A stretch of DNA of 40,073 nt, taken from positions 1-40,073 of the IMG/VR virus record IMGVR_UViG_3300017700_000511. One strand, 5' to 3'. Source of the DNA: a virus (taxonomy: Duplodnaviria; Caudoviricetes). The position numbers were made by a program, and so were the translations under genes. Within the stretch, counting starts at the first letter, position 1. Each line of letters begins with the position of its first letter. Under the pieces are notes generated by a model. The model worked only from the letters and a program-made list of their open reading frames with translations. It made no database searches and had not been told where the DNA came from. This document shows positions 25,989 through 34,349 of the stretch, in pieces.

Positions 25989-27340
25989 AGGTGGCTCCTT
26001 GGGTTCGATGCCATTGATTTACTGGGCGTCTGGCCGTGCCACTGGTCGAACTTTGTCAGGTCGCCTACATAGCTCAAATTCAGGTAGCCGCAGCGGCCTT
26101 GGCGGTTCTTGGCGACGCTCAGCTTGGCGTAGTTCTGCCATTCCACGCCCAGCTCGGGGTTTGCCATGATGGGCCGCTTGATGAAAACGATCACATCGGC
26201 ATCCTGCTCGATGGCGCCAGAGTCGCGCAGGTCGCTCATCATGGGCATCTGGTCTGGTCGCTCCTCGCTCTTGCGGTTGAGCTGGGCCAGGCACAGCACG
26301 CAAATTTGTAGTTCCTTGGCCAGCGTTTTCAGACCTCGACTGATTTCCTCAAGCTGCGTATTGCGGTTCGCCTTGGCATCCATCCCCGACATCAGGCCGA
26401 TGTAGTCGATAACCAAAATATCCAGGCCGTGCAAGCGTTTGAGGTTGCGCGCCTTGCTACGAACCTGATTGATGTTCAACCCTCCCTGGTCGGATGTGTG
26501 TAGGTTGAGGCTCTTAGCCCTCGCCACGCCGTCAATGACGCGATCCCATGCCAACCCCTCACCGCGGCTCGGCCGCTTGACTGAGGACAGGCTGACGCCA
26601 CCCAGCATGGCTGTCAGGCGGTCATTTACCTCACTGTGTGACATTTCCATCGACAGCAGGCCCACCGTGTACTCGTCGGCCATGTTGACGCCTATAGTCA
26701 GGCCAAGCGCAGTTTTTCCCATTGATGGGCGAGCGCCGACAATCACAAATTCACCAGGACGCAAGCCGCCCTCAAGGTATTCATCGAGATCAAGCAACCC
26801 GGTCGGCATAGTCTTTGTTCGTCCCTCGGCGCGGTCTTCCAGGATGCTGGTGTGCATCGTCATGCCCTCATGCGCGCTCACCCAGTCGTCACGCGGCGAG
26901 TCGTCGATCAGCTTGGCCAACTGGCTTTGCGCCTTATCCACGCGGTCGCTGATGCTCGATGTGTGGTCCTGGCTCAATTCCATCAGTTCGCCGCTCACGG
27001 CCATCAATTGACGGCTCTTGAAGCGCTCCACGACCAACTCGGCATAGCGCCTGAGATTCGCTGCGCTGGGAACATAGGTCGCCAGGGCTTGAATCTCTGA
27101 CAGGCTAGACCGTTCACCCAATGCGGTCGCCACCGTGATGATGTCGCACTGCTTGCCGCCGCCTAATTGCTTCGCCACCTCGGCAAAGATCATGCGATTC
27201 TGTTCATCGTAGAAATGCTCGGGCTTGAGCTTGTCGCCCAAACGATCCCAGCTTCCGTTATCCAGCAGCAGCGCGCCAATCACGCTACTTTCTGCCTCAA
27301 CCGCATGAATCGCGTTCATTGCGTAGTTTTCTCTGTTCAT
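25985..27340 (-). CDS. dnaB: Replicative DNA helicase
   Basis: GARPSMGKT, VIDYIGL, LAQLNR, DLRDSGAIEQDAD and KNRQG motifs. Confidence 0.97.
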   Translation of the reverse strand: MNRENYAMNAIHAVEAESSVIGALLLDNGSWDRLGDKLKPEHFYDEQNRMIFAEVAKQLGGGKQCDIITVATALGERSSLSEIQALATYVPSAANLRRYAELVVERFKSRQLMAVSGELMELSQDHTSSISDRVDKAQSQLAKLIDDSPRDDWVSAHEGMTMHTSILEDRAEGRTKTMPTGLLDLDEYLEGGLRPGEFVIVGARPSMGKTALGLTIGVNMADEYTVGLLSMEMSHSEVNDRLTAMLGGVSLSSVKRPSRGEGLAWDRVIDGVARAKSLNLHTSDQGGLNINQVRSKARNLKRLHGLDILVIDYIGLMSGMDAKANRNTQLEEISRGLKTLAKELQICVLCLAQLNRKSEERPDQMPMMSDLRDSGAIEQDADVIVFIKRPIMANPELGVEWQNYAKLSVAKNRQGRCGYLNLSYVGDLTKFDQWHGQTPSKSMASNPRSHL

Positions 27341-28122
27341 GCCACAGCCTTTTTGTTGTCGTAATTACCTTGCAGGACTTTTTCAAAATTTGACAAGTTC
27401 ACAAGCCAGATCAGGTCGGCAGTCCACTTTCCATCCCCACCAGTCAACCAGCTCGACTGGGCCACATAGGCGAAAAACCGGCCGAACCAGCCTATCCCTT
27501 CTTCCTGGTTTGTTGCCATTCGCTGACCCTTACGCACCCCGGTTTCATAGCATTCAGTCATCACCCATGACCACCTGGCTTTTAGCGCCGGAGCGTTCTT
27601 CCCTTTTCGCCAAAGGCTTTTTCTAGGCTGCGGTAGCATGGGCAAGTGTTGGGCATAAAGGTCTATCAATGATTCGTGCGGGCAATCCGGCAGCTTTGCT
27701 GGCGACAAGATAGATTTATCTATCTCTTCTTTACCATCCACTCCACTCCACTCCACTCCGTCAGTGAGCTGTAACTGAGGGCTCACTGAGTCATCACTGA
27801 GTTCTATGCCTGGTATCTTTGTTGCAGATGGCCTGTTTATCAGTTGGTGCTTGCGGAAGCCCTTGATATTTATGAACTTTTCCCCACTCACTGAATACTC
27901 AATGAGTACTCCGTGAGTCAGTAGCTCATTCAGCAAAGGCTGCGTGTCTATCATGTCAGCCGGGAAGATTTGCATCTTTAACCGTTTTGCTGAATACGCC
28001 AGATTACCGTTGTCGTCGGCGAAATTCAGCATTCCTATGAACATTAACCGAGCACTCAGTGAGCACTCAGTGAGCCGTTCATCAGTCCAAAATTCTGGTT
28101 TTACTGTTCTGATTCGCGCCAT
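27337..28122 (-). CDS. Replication initiator (lambda O-like)
   Basis: MARIRTVKPEFW N-terminus, FEKVLQGNY C-terminus, upstream of dnaB, internal iterons. Confidence 0.85.
   Translation of the reverse strand: MARIRTVKPEFWTDERLTECSLSARLMFIGMLNFADDNGNLAYSAKRLKMQIFPADMIDTQPLLNELLTHGVLIEYSVSGEKFINIKGFRKHQLINRPSATKIPGIELSDDSVSPQLQLTDGVEWSGVDGKEEIDKSILSPAKLPDCPHESLIDLYAQHLPMLPQPRKSLWRKGKNAPALKARWSWVMTECYETGVRKGQRMATNQEEGIGWFGRFFAYVAQSSWLTGGDGKWTADLIWLVNLSNFEKVLQGNYDNKKAVA
27760..28074. repeat. Putative replication origin: nine CTCANTGAG-like iterons in three 11-bp-phased clusters
   Basis: Sites start at 27760, 27771, 27782, 27793; 27887, 27898, 27909; 28055, 28066. Confidence 0.75.
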
Positions 28123-28125
28123 GGG

Positions 28126-28323
28126 TCAACCTATGCTCATGGCTGATTCCATGCGGGTAACTTGATCGGGGCTACGCCGGCCTATGGCGGCTTCCATGCG
28201 AACGCGGTAGCCATCGGCCTCACCACGGGCGGCAAAGCAGCCTGAGGCCTCGTGACGGTTGTACGCGGCGACCATGAGAAGGCCCAGGTCTTCTATGTGA
28301 GATTCAAACTCTTGATCGTTCAT
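28126..28323 (-). CDS. Hypothetical protein
   Basis: ORF abutting the initiator gene. Confidence 0.6.
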   Translation of the reverse strand: MNDQEFESHIEDLGLLMVAAYNRHEASGCFAARGEADGYRVRMEAAIGRRSPDQVTRMESAMSIG

Positions 28324-28449
28324 GCCGTGCCCGCCATGGACTCGGGGTTGATGGGGTTTTCAAACTGGTGCATAATCGCCTTACTTTCTACAGAAGTCGT
28401 GGCCCGGATCAGTTAACGCTGGTGCCGGGCCTCTTTTTGGGTTAAAGGG

Positions 28450-28686
28450 TTAGCCGCGCCAAGTCAGGGCTTTTACAGCCCACATTTGCGCAGTCTGGGC
28501 TTCGGTGATGGCAACACTGGCCATGCGCTTGACTTCGGGGTTGTCAGTGCTAAGGCGTAGAGCGTTCATTCGGTCGATGGCAGCGGCAAACTCTTTCTTG
28601 CAGTTCGCCACGGCGTCATCGCCGGACGGATTGAAGCCCAGGCCTACAGCCTTTTCACCAAAAGTCATTTCTCGTTCTGCGTTCAT
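28450..28686 (-). CDS. Putative Acb2/Tad1-family cyclic-nucleotide sponge (anti-defence)
   Basis: 78-aa helical hairpin with FNPSG motif and R.ASVAITEAQTAQMWAVKALTW C-terminus. Confidence 0.6.
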   Translation of the reverse strand: MNAEREMTFGEKAVGLGFNPSGDDAVANCKKEFAAAIDRMNALRLSTDNPEVKRMASVAITEAQTAQMWAVKALTWRG

Positions 28687-28732
28687 GTCATCTTTCGTTT
28701 TGCGCGGCCGGAAAGGCGCGGCCGCATCGCCG

Positions 28733-29047
28733 TTAAACGGTGCTGAGTGATTTAGATGGCACTGGCAGCCATTGCAGGGTCTCGTCTTCGCCTGGGGTAT
28801 CGCGGATTGGCTTGAGCCCAGACGCCAGGATCGCCAATTCCCTAAAAAGCCCTAAATGTCTTTGGCCAGTTTGATGCTGAGGTGCGCCAACCATTCGGCA
28901 GCGGAATCCAAAGCCTCCGCCATATATCTGAACGCTATGTCCAGTCTGTGATACATAGATTTCATCGTTGTAGGACACAGAGATAACATCCACCAGAACA
29001 CCGCGAGTCACCCACAGCGCCAAGTCGCCAGGCTTAACGGGGTCCAT
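28733..29047 (-). CDS. Hypothetical protein
   Basis: KPGDLA...LKPIRDTPGEDETLQW pattern. Confidence 0.65.
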   Translation of the reverse strand: MDPVKPGDLALWVTRGVLVDVISVSYNDEIYVSQTGHSVQIYGGGFGFRCRMVGAPQHQTGQRHLGLFRELAILASGLKPIRDTPGEDETLQWLPVPSKSLSTV

Positions 29048-29048
29048 A

Positions 29049-29243
29049 TCAAACACCCCGCCGTGGGATGGCCAGGAAGTCGGCAGCGCCGGCTCGGACG
29101 CTCCACGATGGCGGTGAGTAGTTACCCTGGGTACTGGTGTTACAGATGCGCGCTGGTGTGTCAAAGGTCACATCGCGTAAGCCGTTGATGTGCTTGCGCA
29201 GCTCGGCGTGGTTTTTGGCCGGTGTGGCCGGGGTCTTTTTCAT
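29049..29243 (-). CDS. Hypothetical protein
   Basis: RAGAADFLAIPRRG C-terminal pattern. Confidence 0.6.
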   Translation of the reverse strand: MKKTPATPAKNHAELRKHINGLRDVTFDTPARICNTSTQGNYSPPSWSVRAGAADFLAIPRRGV

Positions 29244-29343
29244 TGTTTTTTGTCCGTTCATGCCCTTCAAGAAAACTCCGGAAAGTGTGAAGGTCACTTT
29301 GTCGCCTGGGTAATTACTCCCTGACTATCCGGGTTTGTGGGTA

Positions 29344-29372
29344 ACTATATCGCTTGTATCAAGCTATGTAAA
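29344..29372 (-). promoter_or_regulatory. Internal sigma70-type promoter with palindromic spacer
   Basis: TTTACA-17 bp-TATAGT; GCTTG-ATA-CAAGC in spacer. Confidence 0.65.
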
Positions 29373-29477
29373 TGGGTTTCCTATGTGAATTTTTGCAACA
29401 CGACCAGGACGTGCCAATGCGCTCCTGAAACCTCAGGTTTTAAAATGTGTCTGGTTGGTTAGTTGAGATTGGCCACC

Positions 29478-29690
29478 TCAATCCTTATTGCAGGCCTCGC
29501 ACGGAACGCCTCGCTTGATTTCTGAAACTGTACCGATTGAAAGCCATTCTGATTGCCATCCGCACACCTTGCATTCAAAGTGAGCTAGATAGGCCTCGCT
29601 ACTGCAACCAGAATCAAACACGTGAGCCATTTGTCTAGCCTTAGCGCGCGGCGGCTTAGTCTCTGGGAAAAAGTCAGCAGTCCGGCTCAT
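29478..29690 (-). CDS. Small Zn-ribbon protein
   Basis: CKVCG...PCEACN; GGAG RBS. Confidence 0.7.
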   Translation of the reverse strand: MSRTADFFPETKPPRAKARQMAHVFDSGCSSEAYLAHFECKVCGWQSEWLSIGTVSEIKRGVPCEACNKD

Positions 29691-29862
29691 GAGATTCTCC
29701 AAAAAGGTCTAACTGGTTTTCGTTAACACGATCAGCCTTCACCGCCTGGCGCCGCTTGGGTTTTGCCGCATGCACCCGGGCCAGGCAGATCGGGCCGAGC
29801 GGTAGATTGCCTAACCATCCGGCGGGCCTCAGCATGGCACGATTGCAGGCAGCACAGTGCAT
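29674..29862 (-). CDS. Small Zn-finger protein
   Basis: CAACNR...LGPIC; C-terminal QLDLF; TGATG coupling. Confidence 0.65.
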   Translation of the reverse strand: MHCAACNRAMLRPAGWLGNLPLGPICLARVHAAKPKRRQAVKADRVNENQLDLFGESHEPDC

Positions 29863-30455
29863 CAGGGTTTCGGGCTTGGTGGCAGTGGCATCCAGTGGGT
29901 TGGTTCGGTGTACCAACAATTTGGGATGTCATCGCCTTCGACCACTGTTTCATACCATCCAGGCGGCGAATAGTCCGGGTCTTCCCAGTTTTCAGTGATG
30001 TGTTCTTCGCTCATCCACTGGCCGCGCATCGTTCGCCACTTCTGGTGTGAATTGAAATACCCGAGTAGCAAGGTTCGGCCATCCTTTGGCGCCGTTTCAA
30101 TCGGCATCCATTCGCTCGGCTCTTGCTTGACTCCCTGGCGGGCGGGGTTCTTCTCCTGGCAGATAGCCTCGATGGCCTTGGCGAAGTGAAGCCAGCCCCA
30201 TTTCTTCATGAAGCCTTCCAGCATGTCAGGCATCGAATTAAAGGCTCTTTCACGATCAGAGTCATCAAGAGAATTCCACAGGGGCTCATGCGCTTGTTCT
30301 GCAATCAATTTCGCCACTTCTTTAATGCCAGCAGCTCGGTGCGCAGCGTCGGCTTCTCGATAGGCCTTAGGGCTGTTCCCGGCCCAAGTGAATGCCGTTT
30401 GCGAGTGCCGCTCTACTGCCGTGTAGATCAGATCGGGTAGGGTGGGGGTGGTCAT
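29862..30455 (-). CDS. Protein with C-terminal DUF551-like domain
   Basis: WMPIETAPKDG...PTHWMPLPPSP. Confidence 0.8.
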   Translation of the reverse strand: MTTPTLPDLIYTAVERHSQTAFTWAGNSPKAYREADAAHRAAGIKEVAKLIAEQAHEPLWNSLDDSDRERAFNSMPDMLEGFMKKWGWLHFAKAIEAICQEKNPARQGVKQEPSEWMPIETAPKDGRTLLLGYFNSHQKWRTMRGQWMSEEHITENWEDPDYSPPGWYETVVEGDDIPNCWYTEPTHWMPLPPSPKP

Positions 30456-30643
30456 TTCTTAGCCTTCCTTTTAGTCATCAAATAAGTCCTCAGTTTTGTT
30501 AGCGTCAGATGCCCGGGATTGGGGATCTGGTCATCTGCAAATTTAACGATCCATGAGAGGCTGATTCCCGATGCCTTGGAAATCTCCAGCCACTCACCCT
30601 TGCGCGCCAGAAGGCGACTTTTTACGTCTTGTATGAGGTCCAT
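30452..30643 (-). CDS. Cro-like HTH regulator (probably leaderless mRNA)
   Basis: ISKASGISLSWIVKF...IPNP HTH; first gene of the leftward operon. Confidence 0.8.
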   Translation of the reverse strand: MDLIQDVKSRLLARKGEWLEISKASGISLSWIVKFADDQIPNPGHLTLTKLRTYLMTKRKAKK

Positions 30644-30649
30644 GCATCT

Positions 30650-30678
30650 AATGTAGTGGATTTCCACAGTGAAGTAAA
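30650..30678 (-). promoter_or_regulatory. pR-like promoter with operator palindrome GTGGA-AA-TCCAC in the spacer
   Basis: TTTACT-17 bp-TACATT, 6 nt before ATG 30643. Confidence 0.7.
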
Positions 30679-30691
30679 TAATAAAATAATG

Positions 30692-30720
30692 TTGCGCGAC
30701 CTCGATTTCTGCTGTACATT
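30692..30720 (+). promoter_or_regulatory. pL-like early promoter
   Basis: TTGCGC-17 bp-TACATT with AT-rich UP-like tract. Confidence 0.7.
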
Positions 30721-30775
30721 AATTCCATCGCGGAGAAAAGCAGCGACGGCAAACAATCAACCAAAGGAGAGCAAC

Positions 30776-31102
30776 ATGGATTTGAACAAATACCTCACCA
30801 GCCAGCGCGACATGAGCGATGAAAGGACTTTGAGTAATGACTCGTTCCCGCTGGCAAAACGCATCACATGCGCTGACGGGTTTTCTTTGTCGGTCCAGGC
30901 GACGCATGGCGCTTATTGCGCGCCGCGTACCAACATTGGGCCATGGTATGAAGTCGAAGTTGGATTCCCTAGCGCCGTTCCTGAGTTGATCACCAGCTAT
31001 GCGGAAAGCACAAAATTTACGGACACGGTTTACGCATATGTACCGATTGAGTTGGTTGAGCAGTTGATCGAGCGGCATGGAGGCATGGTCGCCAGCAAGT
31101 AA
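30776..31102 (+). CDS. Hypothetical protein
   Basis: AAGGAG RBS; CADGFSLSVQA...YC.PR...VEVGFPS motif. Confidence 0.8.
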   Translation: MDLNKYLTSQRDMSDERTLSNDSFPLAKRITCADGFSLSVQATHGAYCAPRTNIGPWYEVEVGFPSAVPELITSYAESTKFTDTVYAYVPIELVEQLIERHGGMVASK

Positions 31103-31205
31103 CCCACATACCACCGCCCGCCCTCACGCGGGCTTCATTCAAAAGCGTAGGTTGCTGCTGAATGAATTTCAACCACCGCATTGCGGATTTTTAACGGAGA
31201 TAGAG

Positions 31206-31421
31206 ATGACACGACAAGAGCACATGGACTGGTGCAAGCAACGGGCACTTGCTGAATTGAAGGAAAGCCCTCAAGCCGCGTTTGCTTCGATGATCTCAGA
31301 TTTGAACAAGCATACAGAGACTGCTGGGCATGCCGCGATTCAACTGGGATTGATGCTGATGATGGCTGGCGGTCTGGATAGCGTAGAAAAAATGCGCGAG
31401 TTCATCGAGGGCTTCAATTAA
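31206..31421 (+). CDS. Hypothetical protein
   Basis: GGAG RBS; EHMDWCKQRAL motif. Confidence 0.75.
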   Translation: MTRQEHMDWCKQRALAELKESPQAAFASMISDLNKHTETAGHAAIQLGLMLMMAGGLDSVEKMREFIEGFN

Positions 31422-31603
31422 TGAACAAACACATCCATCCAACAATCGCGCAAGCCCTCGCGCCGTTCGTCCCAATGACCGAGGACGAAGCAATAGCGGC
31501 CGACCTTGAGAACGACCAGGACAAGGCGACGAAAGCGCACCGTGAGCAGGAGCGGCGAGCTTTTCGCCTGCAGTTCCAGAACCAGAATCCGAACTACTCT
31601 TAA
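31421..31603 (+). CDS. Hypothetical protein
   Basis: TAATG coupling. Confidence 0.6.
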   Translation: MNKHIHPTIAQALAPFVPMTEDEAIAADLENDQDKATKAHREQERRAFRLQFQNQNPNYS

Positions 31604-31615
31604 TCAGGGGACATC

Positions 31616-31921
31616 ATGAATAGCGCGAACATTTATTCTGGCCGCGACCCCGAGGCGCAAGGCGATCATTACCTGCGCCACATTGACCGGATGACGGTTG
31701 AAGAGCTTCACAGTAAGTCAGCCATTGCTGCAGAACTGGCGCATCGTGACATTGAAATCGGCAAGCTCAAGGCGCTGAATACTGAGCTGGCGGCGGTCGC
31801 TGCGGCTTTTGTTTCCTATGATGTGAAGGATCATGATGACCACGTTGAAATGATGTTGGATTACGCAGCGATGCTCAAGGCTGCCCGTGCGGCACTTGCC
31901 AAACACAAAGGAGCGATATGA
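31616..31921 (+). CDS. Hypothetical protein
   Basis: GGGG RBS; LHSKSAIAAELAHRD. Confidence 0.7.
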   Translation: MNSANIYSGRDPEAQGDHYLRHIDRMTVEELHSKSAIAAELAHRDIEIGKLKALNTELAAVAAAFVSYDVKDHDDHVEMMLDYAAMLKAARAALAKHKGAI

Positions 31922-32205
31922 CAACAAGAACCTACCCGCGCACCGTATGGGTGTTGCAGCCGAGCTTCAAGCCTAAGCAGGTGACGCTTGTTGAAGCATA
32001 TTCCTCATGGAGCGATGAAGAATATGGAGATTTTTCCGAAAGCAGAAGGCTTTACAGGCGCGAAGAGCAATTCTTCCGCCAAAAAGACGCCATCGCCGCT
32101 GGCCGCGCCTTGCTGGCAAAGCAGCAGATCGACCTCGATAAAAAGCAGGCGAACATCGCCAAGAAAACGGCCGCGCTGGATAAGGCTGAAAAGGAGTTGA
32201 CATGA
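31918..32205 (+). CDS. Hypothetical protein with coiled-coil C-terminus
   Basis: AAGGAG RBS; ATGA overlap. Confidence 0.7.
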   Translation: MTTRTYPRTVWVLQPSFKPKQVTLVEAYSSWSDEEYGDFSESRRLYRREEQFFRQKDAIAAGRALLAKQQIDLDKKQANIAKKTAALDKAEKELT

Positions 32206-32405
32206 TCGCCGCCATACGCCGCATGTTCCGCAAGCAGACGCCGCTTGAGGTGGCAATTCTTGAGCGCGCAGAGGCTCAGATGTCGAACCTGGCCGTACAG
32301 ACGGCGCAGGATTATTCAATCGCGATGGGTTCGTACCACGACGCGCGCATTGAGCGCCTGAACGCCTTCATCGCCGCGCAAAGCAGGGAGTCCGCCAATG
32401 GCTAA
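32202..32405 (+). CDS. Hypothetical protein
   Basis: AAGGAG RBS; coupled. Confidence 0.65.
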   Translation: MIAAIRRMFRKQTPLEVAILERAEAQMSNLAVQTAQDYSIAMGSYHDARIERLNAFIAAQSRESANG

Positions 32406-32481
32406 TCGAATGGTGAATATCGCGCTGGCTGCGGCCATCGTGTTCCTGGCGGCCGGGTTTGCTGGCGGGTGGCTGCGATGA
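32398..32481 (+). CDS. 27-aa single-TM peptide
   Basis: GGGAG RBS; overlaps both neighbours. Confidence 0.45.
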   Translation: MANRMVNIALAAAIVFLAAGFAGGWLR

Positions 32482-32852
32482 GCGCCGCAGAGTTTGCGAT
32501 TTTTGAGCTTACACGGACACGGGCGGAAGTCGAGTTTTTGTCGCGGCAAATTGGCTCAGCTCTTGGGACTTGCCACGATTTACAGATGAAAAGTGATGAC
32601 GGTTCGCCGATTGTTGAGCATCTGAAAGATGCCTATGCGATGACCAGCGACCAGAATGAAGATGGCGGCTCGTCGGATCGGTATTTCGTCAACCATGATG
32701 GAGATGTTGGCGCGTACCTTATCGCCACATGCTGGAACTGCCTGACTGCCCACCACGCGATTCAGGATCGCAAGCTGGCGCGCAAGCAGTACGGCATCGC
32801 CAAGCGCCGCATTGCATTGATGGGGACAAATATGATGAAGGAAGAAAAATGA
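32478..32852 (+). CDS. Hypothetical protein
   Basis: Coupled ORF with CWNC. Confidence 0.65.
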   Translation: MSAAEFAIFELTRTRAEVEFLSRQIGSALGTCHDLQMKSDDGSPIVEHLKDAYAMTSDQNEDGGSSDRYFVNHDGDVGAYLIATCWNCLTAHHAIQDRKLARKQYGIAKRRIALMGTNMMKEEK

Positions 32853-33145
32853 CATGCTGCAAAGGCCAAGCCTGCGGGCAGCAATGCCAGAAGTGCGAGC
32901 CGCTTGTGTGGCCGCTGCTTGATATGCCAGCACCGAAGCACTGCGACAAGAGCCGCCAGCCCTGCGCGACGCCGTGGGAGTGCTCGCCAGCTTGTCGGCT
33001 GATTCAAGCTAACAGCGATGGCAGTTCGGACGGAATTACGATGGAGTCGAACCTGGCAGATCGACACGGCCGAAAGCTGTTCGCCGTCGGGGCGTTGCTC
33101 GCGGTTTTATTTGCCTGGGCCGTGGTGAATTTTCTTGCGCAATAA
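32849..33145 (+). CDS. Cys-rich protein with C-terminal TM anchor
   Basis: Two Cys clusters and a hydrophobic tail. Confidence 0.6.
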   Translation: MTCCKGQACGQQCQKCEPLVWPLLDMPAPKHCDKSRQPCATPWECSPACRLIQANSDGSSDGITMESNLADRHGRKLFAVGALLAVLFAWAVVNFLAQ

Positions 33146-33163
33146 GTAGATGCGTGTTGTAAT
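33135..33163 (+). promoter_or_regulatory. Putative promoter for structured RNA and recombination genes
   Basis: TTGCGC-17 bp-TGTAAT preceded by TGn. Confidence 0.5.
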
Positions 33164-33168
33164 TGAGG

Positions 33169-33280
33169 TCTTGTCGCGGGTGGATTCGCTGACAAGAACA
33201 GACCGCTTTGGTCTGTGCATCTAGATTTAATTCTAAGGGGCTATCCACCTAGCCCTGGTGCACGGACCAAAGCGGTTTTT
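33169..33280 (+). ncRNA. Structured RNA/attenuator with kissing loops
   Basis: 20-bp stem with two G-U pairs ending in a U-tract; loops GGTGGA and TCCACC complementary. Confidence 0.7.
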
Positions 33281-33313
33281 GCGTTCAACGGTGGTAATTT
33301 TTAAGGATTAACA

Positions 33314-33427
33314 ATGGGTCAAATCAAAGACTTTTTCAACGCATACAAGATGTATGCACGACACCATAGCCCGCTTTACGCGGCACGCATAGCCTACGGG
33401 TTGGCCTTCAAGGGCTTACCTTTTTAA
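33314..33427 (+). CDS. 37-aa peptide
   Basis: AAGGA RBS; MGQIKDFFNAYKMYARHHSPLYAARIAYGLAFKGLPF. Confidence 0.6.
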   Translation: MGQIKDFFNAYKMYARHHSPLYAARIAYGLAFKGLPF

Positions 33428-33437
33428 CCACTGGAGA

Positions 33438-34349
33438 ATGAAAATGCAGTTTGTCAAAGCAACCCGGAAGAAAGCCAGGTTACGACTAGCTCTTACCGGG
33501 CCTAGCGGCTCCGGAAAAACCATGGCGGCGCTGATGATCGCCAAAGGATTGGGCGGTAATGTCGCTGTTTTGGATACGGAACACGGATCAGCCAGTCTGT
33601 ATGCCGAGCCTATTTTGCTGCCGAACGGCACGCAATTTACGCCGCCAGATTTCGATGCGCTGGAGTTGTCTGCGCCATACTCGCCGGAGCGCTACATCCA
33701 GGCGATTCAATCGGCCGAGGCTGCGGGATATGACTTGCTAATCATCGACTCTATGACTCATGAGTGGTCAGGATCTGGCGGTTGTCTGGAGATCAATGAC
33801 ACTGTTGCGGCTGCGAAGTTTCGCGGGAATAGCTGGAGCGCATGGAACGAGACAACGCCGCGCCACCGGGCTTTTATCGATGCGATGCTGCAAAGCAAAA
33901 TGCACATCATTGGAACTGGCCGCAGCAAGACAGAGACGGCGCAAACCGAGGGCGCGAACGGTCGCAAGCAGGTCGTGAAGTTGGGCATGAAGACAGAGCA
34001 GCGAGACGGCATCGAATACGAGTTCACAGTGGTGCTGGACCTCATTCATGCCGGCCACTACGCCAATGCCAGCAAGGACCGTACAGGGTTGTTTGCAGGC
34101 GGCGAGCCTTCACCAGTCACACCTGAAACTGGCGCACGATTGCTGGCCTGGCTTGAATCTGGCGAGGCGATACCGGACTTGACTTTGATTCTCGCCGGGA
34201 TTGCAGGCTCAAGCACTGACACGCTGCTGAAAAGCAACTACGAAAGCGCGATTCAGATGCTGCCGGAATCGCATCACGCCGCAATCAAAAAAGCGAAGAA
34301 CGCCCGATACCGGGAAATGCACCCTGATCTGACAAAGGAAAAAGCATGA
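33438..34349 (+). CDS. AAA ATPase, Sak4-like single-strand annealing recombinase
   Basis: GPSGSGKT Walker A, IIDSMTHEW, EQRDGIEYEF and KDRT motifs. Confidence 0.85.
   Translation: MKMQFVKATRKKARLRLALTGPSGSGKTMAALMIAKGLGGNVAVLDTEHGSASLYAEPILLPNGTQFTPPDFDALELSAPYSPERYIQAIQSAEAAGYDLLIIDSMTHEWSGSGGCLEINDTVAAAKFRGNSWSAWNETTPRHRAFIDAMLQSKMHIIGTGRSKTETAQTEGANGRKQVVKLGMKTEQRDGIEYEFTVVLDLIHAGHYANASKDRTGLFAGGEPSPVTPETGARLLAWLESGEAIPDLTLILAGIAGSSTDTLLKSNYESAIQMLPESHHAAIKKAKNARYREMHPDLTKEKA

Noticed and set aside
27737-27759. (TCCAC)n pentamer run
   Set aside because: Short low-complexity linker in the initiator gene; no independent role supportable.
30435-30442. KOPS-like GGGTAGGG
   Set aside because: A single noticed occurrence is expected by chance in 40 kb.
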